NCBI GenBank assembly: GCA_002104945.1
Contig: MCFH01000025.1
Span: 496,001 to 560,000 of the forward strand
DNA: 64,000 nt
DNA from: Piromyces finnis finn
Lineage: Eukaryota; Fungi; Neocallimastigomycota
Reading direction: 5' to 3'
Part shown: positions 25,836 to 38,263 of the stretch, piece by piece
How the letters are laid out: every line of letters starts with the position of its first letter
Position numbering within the stretch: position 1 is the first letter of the stretch
The notes under the pieces: generated by a model
What the model saw: only the letters and a program-made list of their open reading frames with translations
What the model was told of the DNA's origin: nothing
Database searches by the model: none
Translations under genes and position numbers: made by a program

Positions 25836-27372
25836 TAATCATACTATTTAATATAAAAGGACTTTTTAAAAAGGAAATTACTTGCTTTGTTGATGACGAA
25901 GATAGAATTGTTAAAAATGATGGCTTCTATGAATGGGAAGTTGGAAAATGGAATAGAAGTTATGGCAAAGAAAGAAGTCCTTCATTTGTCATTGGTGATC
26001 ATCGATGGTAAGTTAATAAATATGCAAAATAATAATAAAAAGAAAAATAAATAGTAATTAATATATACAATTATTAATGATAATATCAATTATTATTTTT
26101 ATATTTATTGTTTCTTTATTATTATTAAAAGGTCATTGGAATTATATAGGGATGGTGATGGTTCAGAAAATAGGAAATATGTTTCTGTTTATTTAGTATG
26201 CTTAAATCCAGAGTTTAATAAAGAGGAAGGTACTTGGGTAAATGCAATATTATATCTTCGAAATTGCGAAGAAAATACTGAAAGTTTCTGCTTTGATGGT
26301 AAACTTTTTTCTTTTTTCAATAAATATATAATTTAATAAACTACATAATTTTTGATTTTATAATATTATATTAATATTAATATATATGTATTTTCAATAA
26401 ATAAAAGTGTTAGAAATTCGAAATTTCAATAGAAATAATAGGGATTGGGGTTTTTCACGTTTAATAAAAAAAAAGGCATTGTTTGAATCAAAAACAAACA
26501 AACCTGTAATAGAAAATGGAAAATGTATTGTTGGTGTTTACTTACATATTTATGGAAAAGGAAAATGTTAGTATATAAAATATATAATTATGATATATAT
26601 AATATATATAATAAGAATTAATAATTATTTATATTTAACAAAATTTTTATCAATTTATATTATTAAAGTGAAAAAAGAAGAAGTTCTCCAATCATCAAAT
26701 AATGGTTCTTCTCAACATTATCCACCACCAAACCAAAACTTACCTCCATATAGTCCAACATCAAGTCAAGTCTTACCTAGTGCCCCAATGCAACAATATC
26801 CACCATACCAATATCCTCCACCAAACCCAGGTCAACCACCATTCCAAGGTCAACCTCCATATCAATATCCTCCACCAAATCCAGGTCAACCTCCATTCCA
26901 AGGTCAACCTCCATATCAATACCCTCCATTAAATCCAGGTCAACCTCAATATCCTCCACCAAATCAAAATCAACCACCAAGTCAAAATCAATCAACAGGT
27001 CAAAGCCAACTATCAAATCAAAATCAACCTCCAAGTCAAAATCAATCAACAGGTCAAAGCCAGCCATCAAACCAAAATCAACCACCATATCAATATCCTC
27101 CATATCAATATCCTTCATATCAATATCCACCATACCAATATCCACCTTACCAATATCCACCATATCAATATCCACCATATCAATATTCCTATAATTATCC
27201 ACCACTACAATCAAATCAAAATTTGAATAATGCTCCAATGCCACAATATCCACAATATCCAAATCAACCCTTCCAAGATCCACCACCATCATATTATGCA
27301 GCAAATATTAATATGAACCAAAATACAGAAGGCGGTGCTTCTAATAATCAAGAGAAAAGGGATCCAAAATAA
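24859..27372 (+). CDS. Protein with two tandem MATH (TRAF-like) domains and a Pro/Gln/Tyr-rich repetitive C-terminal tail; about 8 exons
   Basis: Repeat 1: YEWKIENWSK...SPYFEAYGHRW/LELYPKG...YVSLYL...KPLIENNKCIVGVYF. Repeat 2: YEWEVGKWN...SPSFVIGDHRW/LELYRDG...YVSVYL...WGFSRLIKK...KPVIENGKCIVGVYL. Both repeats have introns at equivalent positions. The first exon ATGGAAAACAATAAAG|GT at 24859 is inferred. Confidence 0.8.
26790..27190 (+). repeat. Coding tandem repeats in the MATH-protein tail
   Basis: QYPPPNPGQPPFQGQPPY x2 (54-nt unit), NQNQPPSQNQSTGQSQ[LP]S x2 (54-nt unit) and about six P[PS]YQY pentamers. Confidence 0.85.
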
Positions 27373-28463
27373 AATAATATTTTTTTTTAAATTTTTGATT
27401 ATTTTATTTTAGGCCACATTAAAATACTATTCCCAACTAATATAGTAGTTTTAATATTCATTTTAATTTGTTATTTTAAAAATGAAGCAATAGCGTATAA
27501 ATTCTTGATGTAATATTAGTAAATTATTTTTTTTTTTAAAAAAAAAAGTAGCTATATATAAAGAATACATAACAATAATTTTATGGATTGTTACCAGTAA
27601 TTATAATATATAATGGATATTATAATGAAATAAAAATAATAACAATCATAAGCATAACACAATAATTAAAATAGTAATTAAAATAATAATCATAATATAA
27701 TAATATGAACCAAATTTAATATAACACAAAAAAAATGTGTTAAAAATGATACATAAATAATAATAAACCATTCTATTGTTAAAAAGATTAAAAAAATTAA
27801 ATTATTATCATAAAAAAAAAAAAATTCTCTTTTTTTACTTTGCTTTGTTCCTTTTTATATTTATTTTAATAATAATTATTTTTTAGTTTTTTTCTTTAAA
27901 AAAAAAAAAAGAAAGAAACCCTATAGAATAGTGTTATCATTTTGGGAAGTTTTGAAATTAAATTCATTTATTATTTTTCATAAGGGTGCTTAAAAAACTA
28001 GTATTATATCAAATTGGTGTCAAAAAATGGAATAATGATCAGCATTGACCGTTTTCCGGCTTATTCTAATTGTTTTGTAAAAGTATTAATGTTCTTTGAT
28101 TGTGTTAACTACCAGGTTTAGATTTGAACACACCTTTTTTCTTCAATATTTAAAAAAAAAAAAAAATTAAATTTTTTTATCTCTTATCAAAAGAATTTTT
28201 AAATATAAAAAAAAACATGATTCTGATAAAATATTTTCATATATTGTAATCTATTTTAATATAGAAAAATAAATTAAATTAATAAATTAAATGAAATTTA
28301 TAAAAGTAATTAAAAAAATATTTTAATGAAAAAAAAAAACATTTTGAAACACATTCTTTTCACAATAATAAATATAGAAAAAAAAAAAAAAAAAGTATTG
28401 AACTGAACCATCAATAATACTATAAAAAAGATAAATAAATTTAAAATTGTAAATTAAAAAGTA

Positions 28464-28984
28464 ATGATGAAAATGATAAAAAATAATGATATGTATATTT
28501 TTCGTAAAATAAAGGAAGATGAAGCATCTTGTATGTATAACCTTGTTATTGCCCGTTTAAAATGGATGGATAAAAAAATATAAAACATTGGAATGTACTA
28601 GGATATGATACACTTTATCCTCAAACTTATTATAAAGAAAAAACACAGCAAGGTTACTCCTACGGTCTTGTAGATAGTAAAACAAATGAAATATTATGTG
28701 CAGCAGTGTTATTAGAAGATGATAATAGTTGGGAAGATAATGAACCCTCGATTTATATTCATAATTTTATATCGAAAATAGGTTATCCTGGAATAGGAAA
28801 ACTATTTATTAAATATACAGAGGAATATGCTAAATTAAATGGAAAAAAATATTTAAGACTTGATTCTTCAGGTGATAATAAGAAGCTAACGGAATATTAT
28901 GATGAACAAGGATTTATACCAGTTGGAACTTGTGTCTATGTAGATGGTTTATATAAAGGTGTATTAAGACAAAAAGAACTTTAA
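28464..28984 (+). pseudogene. Intronless bacterial-type GNAT N-acetyltransferase with a 1-nt frameshift in an A7 run (real lesion or homopolymer sequencing error)
   Basis: MYIFRKIKEDEASCMYNLVIARLKWMDKK joins, by adding one A at 28572-28578, to IKHWNVLGYDTLYPQTYY...CAAVLLEDD...YIHNF...GIGKLFIKYTEEYAKLNGKKYLRLDS..NKKLTEYYDEQGF. These are GNAT motifs A and B. Confidence 0.8.
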
Positions 28985-29679
28985 TGTATCGAAATACGAA
29001 AGAAAAACTTGAATATTAACAAAATAAAATAATATAAAATAATTTTTATACCAATTATTATCTTAATTCATATATTTATAGCTGCCCACATACCCATTAC
29101 AGTTTTATATTTTGATTGTATAATAACAGAAAAATAAATAACCATGAATATATTCCAATTAAATTATTTGCAATATCTTTTTTTTTTTAATTCATTTAGT
29201 TTTACCGTTCTGACAAAATGAATAATGAAAAAGAAAAATATTTATTATTGTAAAATTATTATATTTTACTTTTATTAGATACTTTTTAAATATTCCAAAA
29301 GATTAGTTCACATATTTATAATAATGAAAAGAAAAAAAATGACTATCTATAAAATATTTCTTAAAAAATTGCCTAGTAATGATATTGATTTTAAAAAAAA
29401 AAAAAAAAAAAAGAATTATGAATAGTATTATAAATAATACAATAATGGATATTATTTCCACACTATGAATTATCATAATATAAAAGTATGTCATACGAAT
29501 CGTAAATATTAATAAAAGAAAATTGTTAATGATGGATTCATAAAAAATATTTTTAATCCATATAAAAGCTTTATTGATAGTTTTTATTATATTCTATGTA
29601 TAAACAAATTAATGTCATAAAAAATAGTAATAATATTATTTTTAACTATTATGTATTTAAATTTATTCATTTATAGTAT

Positions 29680-32600
29680 TCAAGTTTTATTTTGAATAAT
29701 ATTAATATTATTCAAAGGTGAATTAAAATCCAATACTTTTAAAATTATTGGTCCAACAAATAAAATAATAGATATAAATGATATTATGATAACTGCTAAT
29801 AATAAAAGTATATATGCCAAGAGTTCAAAAACTTTGTGAAGAATAGATATATGACATATCAACATCTATAAATAATAGTTGATGAAAAAAGAACAAAAAA
29901 AAAAAAAGAAAGAAAAAATTAATATAATTAGATTAAATAATTTTATATATATTATATAATTTTATAATTGATCATTCATGATTACAATAAAGATTGACAT
30001 AAAAGAAGTAATAAGCATTTTTTTTGACTACAACAATATGACAATATGTAAAAATATATATATATAATAAATTTAAAATTAATAAAAAAACACATATATA
30101 TTATTATATAATAATAAAAAAAAAAGTTGATGTTCTTTTACCTCATTATAATCGAGTGGTACTAAAAATATGTATAGTTATAGATAATAAAATATAGAAA
30201 TTCATTATTAGCAATGAATAAAAAACAAAATATATGAAAATATAATTATATAAAAAATTGTTTTTTTACTATTTCGGCCTTTATAAGATGAAATAATTGA
30301 TAATAATAATAAAGCATAATCAATTATAAACATTGAATTTAAAAAATATTTATTTCCAGTAGAGCATACATCTTTATAATATATTCCTACATTTTCTAGA
30401 CGCATCCTTTCTTTATCAATTCCATTTTTATTAGTAATTGTCCAAAATATTAATAATATAATTTGACAAATTGGTAATACGACAAAGATAATTGTAGTTT
30501 TATATTTAATATAATTATTATAATTTGATAGCATTAAATTTTTATTATTATAAATGCTATTAATATATTCTGACTTGATGGAATAGGCAGATATAAATCC
30601 AGAAACCTAATAATTATTTTTTTCATTAATTATTGTTTTTAATTCATTTATAATTTATTATATATATATATACATAATGAAGGTGAAAAAAAAAAAAAAA
30701 AAAGATGTTCTATAAAAAACTATTAATTTACCCCAATAACCATCAACCAGATTTTTAAGTTACATTTATATGATTTCGTTTCACCTATCCAAAAAAAGGC
30801 AGAAATATTAATAATAATGCTTGAAATTATTAATATTAGCAAGAATTTAACCCCAGTAATACGAACACATTTTTCTTTACGGTTTCTATTATGTATAATG
30901 TATATTATAATTTTGTTAATAATAATAATGATGATGATGAAGAAAAAAAAGATTCTATAATAATTTAATTTTTTTTTTTTTTACAGAATAACAAAAAGCA
31001 TGAAAAAGATTTCGCATGCTAATGAGGACACTAGAATCATAGTTATTATTACAGTTTTAAAATTGCTAAATGGTAAATAAAAACATTCTATATTATTTAT
31101 GTTTTCTTCACTAGATTTACAATTTAAATATTTAATGTCCATTGTTTTATTTTCCGGGGTACATTCACTAAATTCAAAAATAATATTCTTTTTATTATTA
31201 CAATCTGGCATCAAAGATATATTTACATTATTACTTGTTTCACTAATTAATTCTTCGAATTTTTTATCGTCATCATAAGTATTATTACCGTAATATAATT
31301 TTTTAAACATTGTTACTATGGGTACATCATTAATAAGTGTAGTTAATTCAAAACTTTTTTTTTTTTAATTTTAATATATTTATATGTAGTATATAATATT
31401 GAATTAAAAATTAATGATTATATAATAATAGATAGTATATTTATATAAATAATTTTTATTTTTATAAAACATTTAATAAAAAAATTTTTTTTTATTCATA
31501 TAATTAATAAATAATTAGGTTTTATTTACAAATTACTATAGGGATACTTTTGATGATGATATTTCATAGGTATTAAATATAAAAATTTGCATAGAATTTT
31601 TTTTAGTTTATTTATAATATTATTTAAAATATATTAAATAATTAAATGTTATACCTCCATTGGTTTTGATATTTTAAAAGTTTCTTTTAAAATGGAACAT
31701 ATCATTTCATTTGTTTGTTCTTTATTATTACTTGTTGAAATATCTGCCATTGATTTTAATATTAATGTCTCATTTAAACTTATTGGTAGTACTATTTTGT
31801 AATCATCATAAAATGTAATGGTTTTCCTAGAATAATTGGCTTCATTATCACATGTAAATGTTGCTGTAATATTTTGAAATTTATTAGGCGTTTCACCACC
31901 ACTAAAACTATTTTCATCTATTAAAACTCTATAATCTTCGCCAATTCGTTTATGCGTCAGATAAAGTATATTAGTTTTATTATTTTCAATATAATAATAA
32001 GGATAGATTCCTTCCCTATTTATTATAGAGATGCAAGAATCTTTACGGATATTGTTAGATTTATTGATACAGCTGGATATAAATTATTTGTATAAAAAGA
32101 AAGCAAAAAAAAAAAAAAAGAGAATTAATAATAGATTTAATTAATATAATATTAATTTTTTTTATTTATATTCCATACCTTTCTCCTTGTATATTTGTAT
32201 ATGGCTAGTAAATTTATAATTTAGTAATTATATTTAATATTTATATTAAATAAATATTTATTATATTTTAATGACTAATATGATTAATGTGTTTTTTTTT
32301 ACTTACAGTAATAGCTGCATTTAATTCTGAAATAAAATCATATTTTTCACTTATTAATGTTTCAATATATTCAAAAGACTCATCATGATGCTTTGAATTT
32401 TTAGTAATAATTATTCCTATTCATATTAAAAGAAATAATAATGGTTAATAATATGTCATTATTAAAATAGTATTATAAATATATTATATATTTATATTAT
32501 AATAATAAAAATGTTGTATAAATATAGTACCTGAACCTCCTAAAACTAATTTTGGTAAAATACAATTTATAAAATGGTTTATATTAGAAAATTTATATTT

Positions 32601-35005
32601 AAATATATATATATATATATAATTTAAATGGGACATAAAAAGGTATACATGTAGATGTTCCTGGAAAATACTATATAGGAATATATATGTATTCATAATA
32701 TAGTTTGAAGGAATAAATAATAATATTATTTAAAAATTATTTTAATAAAAATATAAAATTATATTTTATTTTTAATGTATATTTTTTATATAATATATTA
32801 ATGTTTAATTTTTTTTTTTTACAGAAAGTTTTAGTTCTGGGTAGGACTACAATATTAAATATAGAATTGATATATTTTAAGTGTGAATAGTAGCAAATTT
32901 TCTAAATGATCTGTATATACTAAAACATACCTTTTGATATAGACTATCATATATTATTCCATTACAATACATTGGTGAAATTTTATCACCTTCTTCAGCT
33001 ATGCCATTATTACCAAACTATGTTTTATATATATATTTTTATATTATATATTATTTATTGGTTATATTAATTCTATACTATATTATATCAATATATATTT
33101 ATATAATTTATTACTTGATGATTTTGTAATATTTTTTTCAGTTTTGATAATTTTAAATATAATTTATTATTCTCAAGACCACAGGTTTTAATATCTAATG
33201 TATCATCTTCTGTTATAAAAGGAATGCCTAAGGATTGACATATTCCAGCAAAAAATTTTAAAACTTTTTTTTTTAATTTATAATATATATTATATAATAT
33301 AGTGCAAGTTATTTATTATGATTATAATTATTTTCCATTTCATATATATTTCTAAAAAATTTTTATTACCTTCATGATCATTAGTATCTAATTGAAATCC
33401 CGGTTCATTAGTACAGTCATATATCATTTCAGCATACTCAAAAGCTTTATCCCAAGTCCACTTTTTTTTTTTTAAATATTTATATATATTTTTTTAAATT
33501 AATATTATAATTAATAATATAAAAAAAGTAATTACAAAAATAGTATATAATAATTACAGTTTCTTGATAATTTGTTCCCCTAAAAAAAAATAAAATAAAT
33601 ATTTATAAATGATTTAGCCATAGTAAATTATAAAGAAAAAATATTTAACAAATAATTGAATTTTTATAGAATACATAATAAAACAAGATAAAATACCAAT
33701 AATCACTCATAGGCTATAGTATATATTATTAAGAATTATCATTAAAATTTAGTATTATTTTAAATATCCTATTTATAAATTTTATATATATACCGGTGGA
33801 TAATGAAGATCATATCCTTTTTTATTGCAATAATCAAATGTAGTTTCATTAAATTTAAGAATTCTTAAATCAATAAGAACTGGAATAGCTAGCCAATTAT
33901 TATCAATACGATCTATTTATTATTTTGATATATTTGAAAAAAAAATAAGAAATATTAATAGAAAAAAAATATTAATAATTAAAGTATTTCAAGTTATTTA
34001 TTTAAAAAAAATTTACAATCATTTGACGAATATTTATTTAGTAAACTTTCAAAAGAAACACCATTTTTTTTATAATAATTATTAATATATTTATTGATAT
34101 TTGCAACATCTTCTTTTTGATATCTATAGGTTAACTTTATTGATTTAAATATGAGTATTAGTATAATGTATCCATATTTCAAAAAATATATAATAATTTT
34201 CCTACTTGGGTTGTTCCTACGATAATTAAGTTCGGACATGCAATAGTTTTATTTTTACTGTCACATATTTCTTCATAAGCATTTCTTTTCCTTAAAACAT
34301 GGAATAAAAATCAATATAATCATTCATAGGATAATGTTATTTTTTATAATGATTAATAAAATATTTTTTAAATTGAATTTAGTAATATTCATGATCTCAG
34401 AGGACCCGAATCCGGTCCCTTCAAATACCTATGAATATTTACTAAATCATCTTAAAATTTATATTTATATATATAATATATATAATATAATTTAATATTT
34501 CTATATATCTATAATACCATCCAACATTATCAATTCTAAAACAAAATGTTTTCCCTTGTTTTTTTATATTAGTATACCAATTTGGATAAGCATTCAAGTA
34601 GGGAAGTGATTTATAAAATTCATTAATTTTGTTAGTATCCCATAGTATTAATATTTCTATGTCTTCTTTATTTTTTTCTTTAAGATCGTTTTCATTACAT
34701 ATATGAATGTATTGTGCAGTCGGTCTAGTTATAGAAAAAAGTATAAATTATATAAGATAAAACAGTATTATTATAATAAAATTACTATTCTATTTTTAAT
34801 ACATTTTCTTTAAAAGGGCATCTTCTTCAAATTTATGGATTAAAAAGTCATAATTTAAATGAAATTTATCCAATAGTTCATCTTCTTCTCCATAAATCTC
34901 TATAATAAACTTTGAATATTTTTCATCTGTGGTATTTAAATGAGCATTGACAACATATATATTATAAATTAATAAAAAAAATATTAATTGCCATATAAAT
35001 TCCAT
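29680..35005 (-). CDS. Class C-like 7TM receptor with an N-terminal extracellular solute-binding-protein-like domain; about 20 exons; one donor site appears non-canonical
   Basis: Signal peptide at 35005; SBP-like blocks CPNLIIVGTTQ, WLAIPVLIDLRILKFN, YPP...WTWDKAFEYA and FPGTSTFLGGSGIIITK; seven hydrophobic segments in the exons between 31060 and 29680, including FFWIG...KCNLKIWL and IPLDYNE. This architecture is known to be expanded in anaerobic fungi. Confidence 0.8.
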
Positions 35006-37267
35006 CCTATAGTTAAATAAAAATGAACCATGAATTTAATGATTATTATTTATTATATATAATTGTGTTTATTGAATATAATAGTACAAAATAAAATAGA
35101 ATAATTATAATTTTTATTTTTTAAAAAAAAAGCAATAATAATAGAAAATATGCATTTTTATTTGATAATTATTACCTTCTTTACTACCCAAAAATATTTA
35201 AAACTAAAATTTTATATTTATTATAAAAAGTTAAATATATTATTTTTCCCTAATAAAAATTAAAAATATTCCGATTTATTTAATGATTTATTTTATACTT
35301 TTCTTTTTTTCAAATAATAACTTAAAGGTGGGTACCAATGATAATATACACTTTTTTTATTTTTCATGAAACACTTTTATTATTACACATTATATTATAT
35401 TATTTTTTTTATAAATTATTTTTATGTCTTTTAGTGTTTTTTTTTTTATTTATAAATAAAATTTAGTTATTTAATATTTTACCCATTTTTTTTTTTTTTT
35501 TTTTTTTTTTTGACTATAATTTAAATAATATAAAATATAAACTTAAAAATTTATATTTTAAGAAATAATACTTTTAATAATTTTAAATTCTTTTATTTCT
35601 TTAGTAAACTTTACTAAGATATAAAGAAGATTATGGTAACATAAATATTTATTGTCAACTTTACTATTGTTAAAAAAAAAAAAATAATAACATTCATTTT
35701 ATTTTCATGATATATACTATAAAGAAAAAACTAATGTATTTATTGCTTTAATATAAATTTTTTAATTATATTCAAACGATTAAAGGTAGTTAATTCAATT
35801 AAGTTAGTAATATTAAGAAATAAACTTTAGAAAATATAATCAAATAATTAAAATAACATAATCCTTTTTAAGAATTAAAAGTTAAATAGCCTTTAACTAT
35901 ATTTCTAGAAAATAAACAACCTATCCTAACTACATAATTAATAATAAAGTTATAATTGAAATTATAAATAAGGACTTTCAATTATTAGCTTGCCTAATCG
36001 TCCAACTTAATAATAATAAATAAATACAAGTTGCAGAACTGTATTTTTGTGACATATTACAAATATTAAAAATTTTTTTTGTGTTTGGTTTTTTTTTTTA
36101 TTAAAATTGGAACATTCCTTATTTCTGTCATCAAAAATATTATTATCCACTAATTTAAATTATTCTAAAACATTAAAAATTATTATGTTTATATTAAATT
36201 TATATTAATTTTTAATATTAGTTATTTATATTAAACTTTAATTTTTAATAAAACATAATAAATATTAAACTTTAATTAATATAATAATTTTATTTAAATT
36301 AATGATCTTTTATTTTTTTTTTAAAATGAAATTAATTAATTTATTATTAATTAATTTAATAATTTGTTACATTTAATATTCCATAAAAAATTATTAGTTG
36401 TTCAGGTTAATCCATAAAAATACAAATATTTTTTAAAAATTTTCAATTACTTTTTCCTATTCTATTCTTTCAATACTTTGTTTTTTTCTTTTAAAAAAAA
36501 AGGAAATAGTTCATTATTTATAGTAATAAAAAATAAATATTCAATTCTTTCATTATTTAAAATGGGTTAACTTTTAGGAAAAAGAAATTTAAAAAAAAAA
36601 AATACCAAATTAAAACCTTTTTCTTTTTTCAATCATTGTTACTTTTTGTTACACAAAAAATAATATTTACAAATAAAAAAAATTATTATTTTTAAATAAT
36701 AAAATTTTGTTAAAGAACACTTTTTCTTTTCTATAATGATCAATAATGAATGAACAATAAAACTATAAAACAACACTTTTTACTTTAAATCTTTTTTATA
36801 TTATGAGGATTTACATAATAATAATAATCAGAGTAATTAATAATAATAAAAAAAAAAAGTTGAAATATTTATTATTGTTGAGGTTTTTTTTTATTTTATT
36901 AATAAATAAAATTAGAAATCATATTAAATATATAAATGAATAGCTAAATAAATTATATTATATTTATTAGGATAAATAAATGAATGAATATTATAAATAA
37001 TAAATAAATAAGTAAGAATAAGATTATTAATAATTATAGTTTATAATAATAATACTTTATAATAAAAAATTTTAATATTATTCAATAATAAAGTTATCAT
37101 TCTAAAACTAAACAATAGTAAAAATCTTTTAATAATACTTAATGGTATAAACAATTTAAAAAAGACACTTTACTAAAAAAAAAAAAGTATAAATAAAAAT
37201 GGTTTTCCACCACCACTCTAGTTTTTTTTACTAAAAAAATAATTAAAAAAAATTATTTAAAAAAAAA

Positions 37268-38263
37268 ATGAAGTGTATTGCTAGCTTAATTCTTGTAACA
37301 CTTTCATGTGTTGCTTCAGTTTTAGCTCGTAAAGAAATCGGAAGATACAGTAATGGTTACAATTACAAGATTTACGATGATGGTAAAGCTACTCTTGTAG
37401 GTACCTACTATGACAACATTTCTGAAGCTAAAATTCCAGCTTATATTACTTTTAACAACAAACAATATCCTGTTTCTGAAGTTGATGAAAATGCTTTCAA
37501 AGGAAGACAAATTGCTGCTGTTTCCATTGATGCTAAAAACACTGGAATCCTCATTAAAAAGAATGCTTTTAATGGTATCAAAGGTTTAAAGGCATTCTAT
37601 ATGTACAGTAGTTACGTTGATGTTGAAGTTGATGGTTTCTCTGGTGTCGGTATTAATGTCCAATTCCAAGGTTCTGGTCTTCAAAATGCTCTTGAAAAGT
37701 ACTGCCAAAGATATCTTAAGAGTTGGAGTTTACCAATTGGTAAAAATTACAGTTACACAAGTGAAGAAACCAAAATGAGAGATTTATTTACTCTTGCTAA
37801 GAATATGAGAAAGAATTTTGGTAATGATAAGATTGCTTACCCAGATAATGCTGCTAATGTTGCTTTCCTTGGTGCTGGTAGTAAAGACGGTTATGCTAGA
37901 CTTTACCGTATCATGGCTATGGTTATGGGTTTTAAATATGAAAAAATTCTTGTTGGTTGTGATACTATGTACTACTGTTGGAACTACGTTATGCTTAACG
38001 ACACTGAAAGAACTTGGAAGGTTGTCTATGCCTTAAAATCAATTGCTGATCATACTATCTACAATTCATCTTACTTTACCACTGAAGCCGATTTCATTAA
38101 GAATACTCTTAAGCCATTCTATGGTACTACTATTGACCCACATAAGTTTATCGTTCATAACACCAGAATCAACTATCCAGGAGAATCTAAATACGATTAT
38201 CTTAATGATGAAAACTTTGATGATTGGTTAAAGAGAAACAATGGTGGTAAACGTACTTTATAA
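37268..38263 (+). CDS. Intronless secreted protein: BspA/LRR_5-like N-terminus plus a transglutaminase-like domain lacking the catalytic Cys and His
   Basis: Signal peptide; IPAYITFNNKQYPVSEVDENAF and IKKNAF (LRR_5 cap and repeats); GAGSKDGYARLYRIMAMVMG...YYCWNYVML aligns with the G.G.C.GYA...HAWN.V core. Confidence 0.8.
   Translation: MKCIASLILVTLSCVASVLARKEIGRYSNGYNYKIYDDGKATLVGTYYDNISEAKIPAYITFNNKQYPVSEVDENAFKGRQIAAVSIDAKNTGILIKKNAFNGIKGLKAFYMYSSYVDVEVDGFSGVGINVQFQGSGLQNALEKYCQRYLKSWSLPIGKNYSYTSEETKMRDLFTLAKNMRKNFGNDKIAYPDNAANVAFLGAGSKDGYARLYRIMAMVMGFKYEKILVGCDTMYYCWNYVMLNDTERTWKVVYALKSIADHTIYNSSYFTTEADFIKNTLKPFYGTTIDPHKFIVHNTRINYPGESKYDYLNDENFDDWLKRNNGGKRTL

Noticed and set aside
29303-29494. 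Hydrophobic 63-aa minus-strand ORF downstream of the 7TM gene
   Set aside because: The receptor already ends with seven TM segments at 29680, and the hydrophobicity follows from T-rich sequence.
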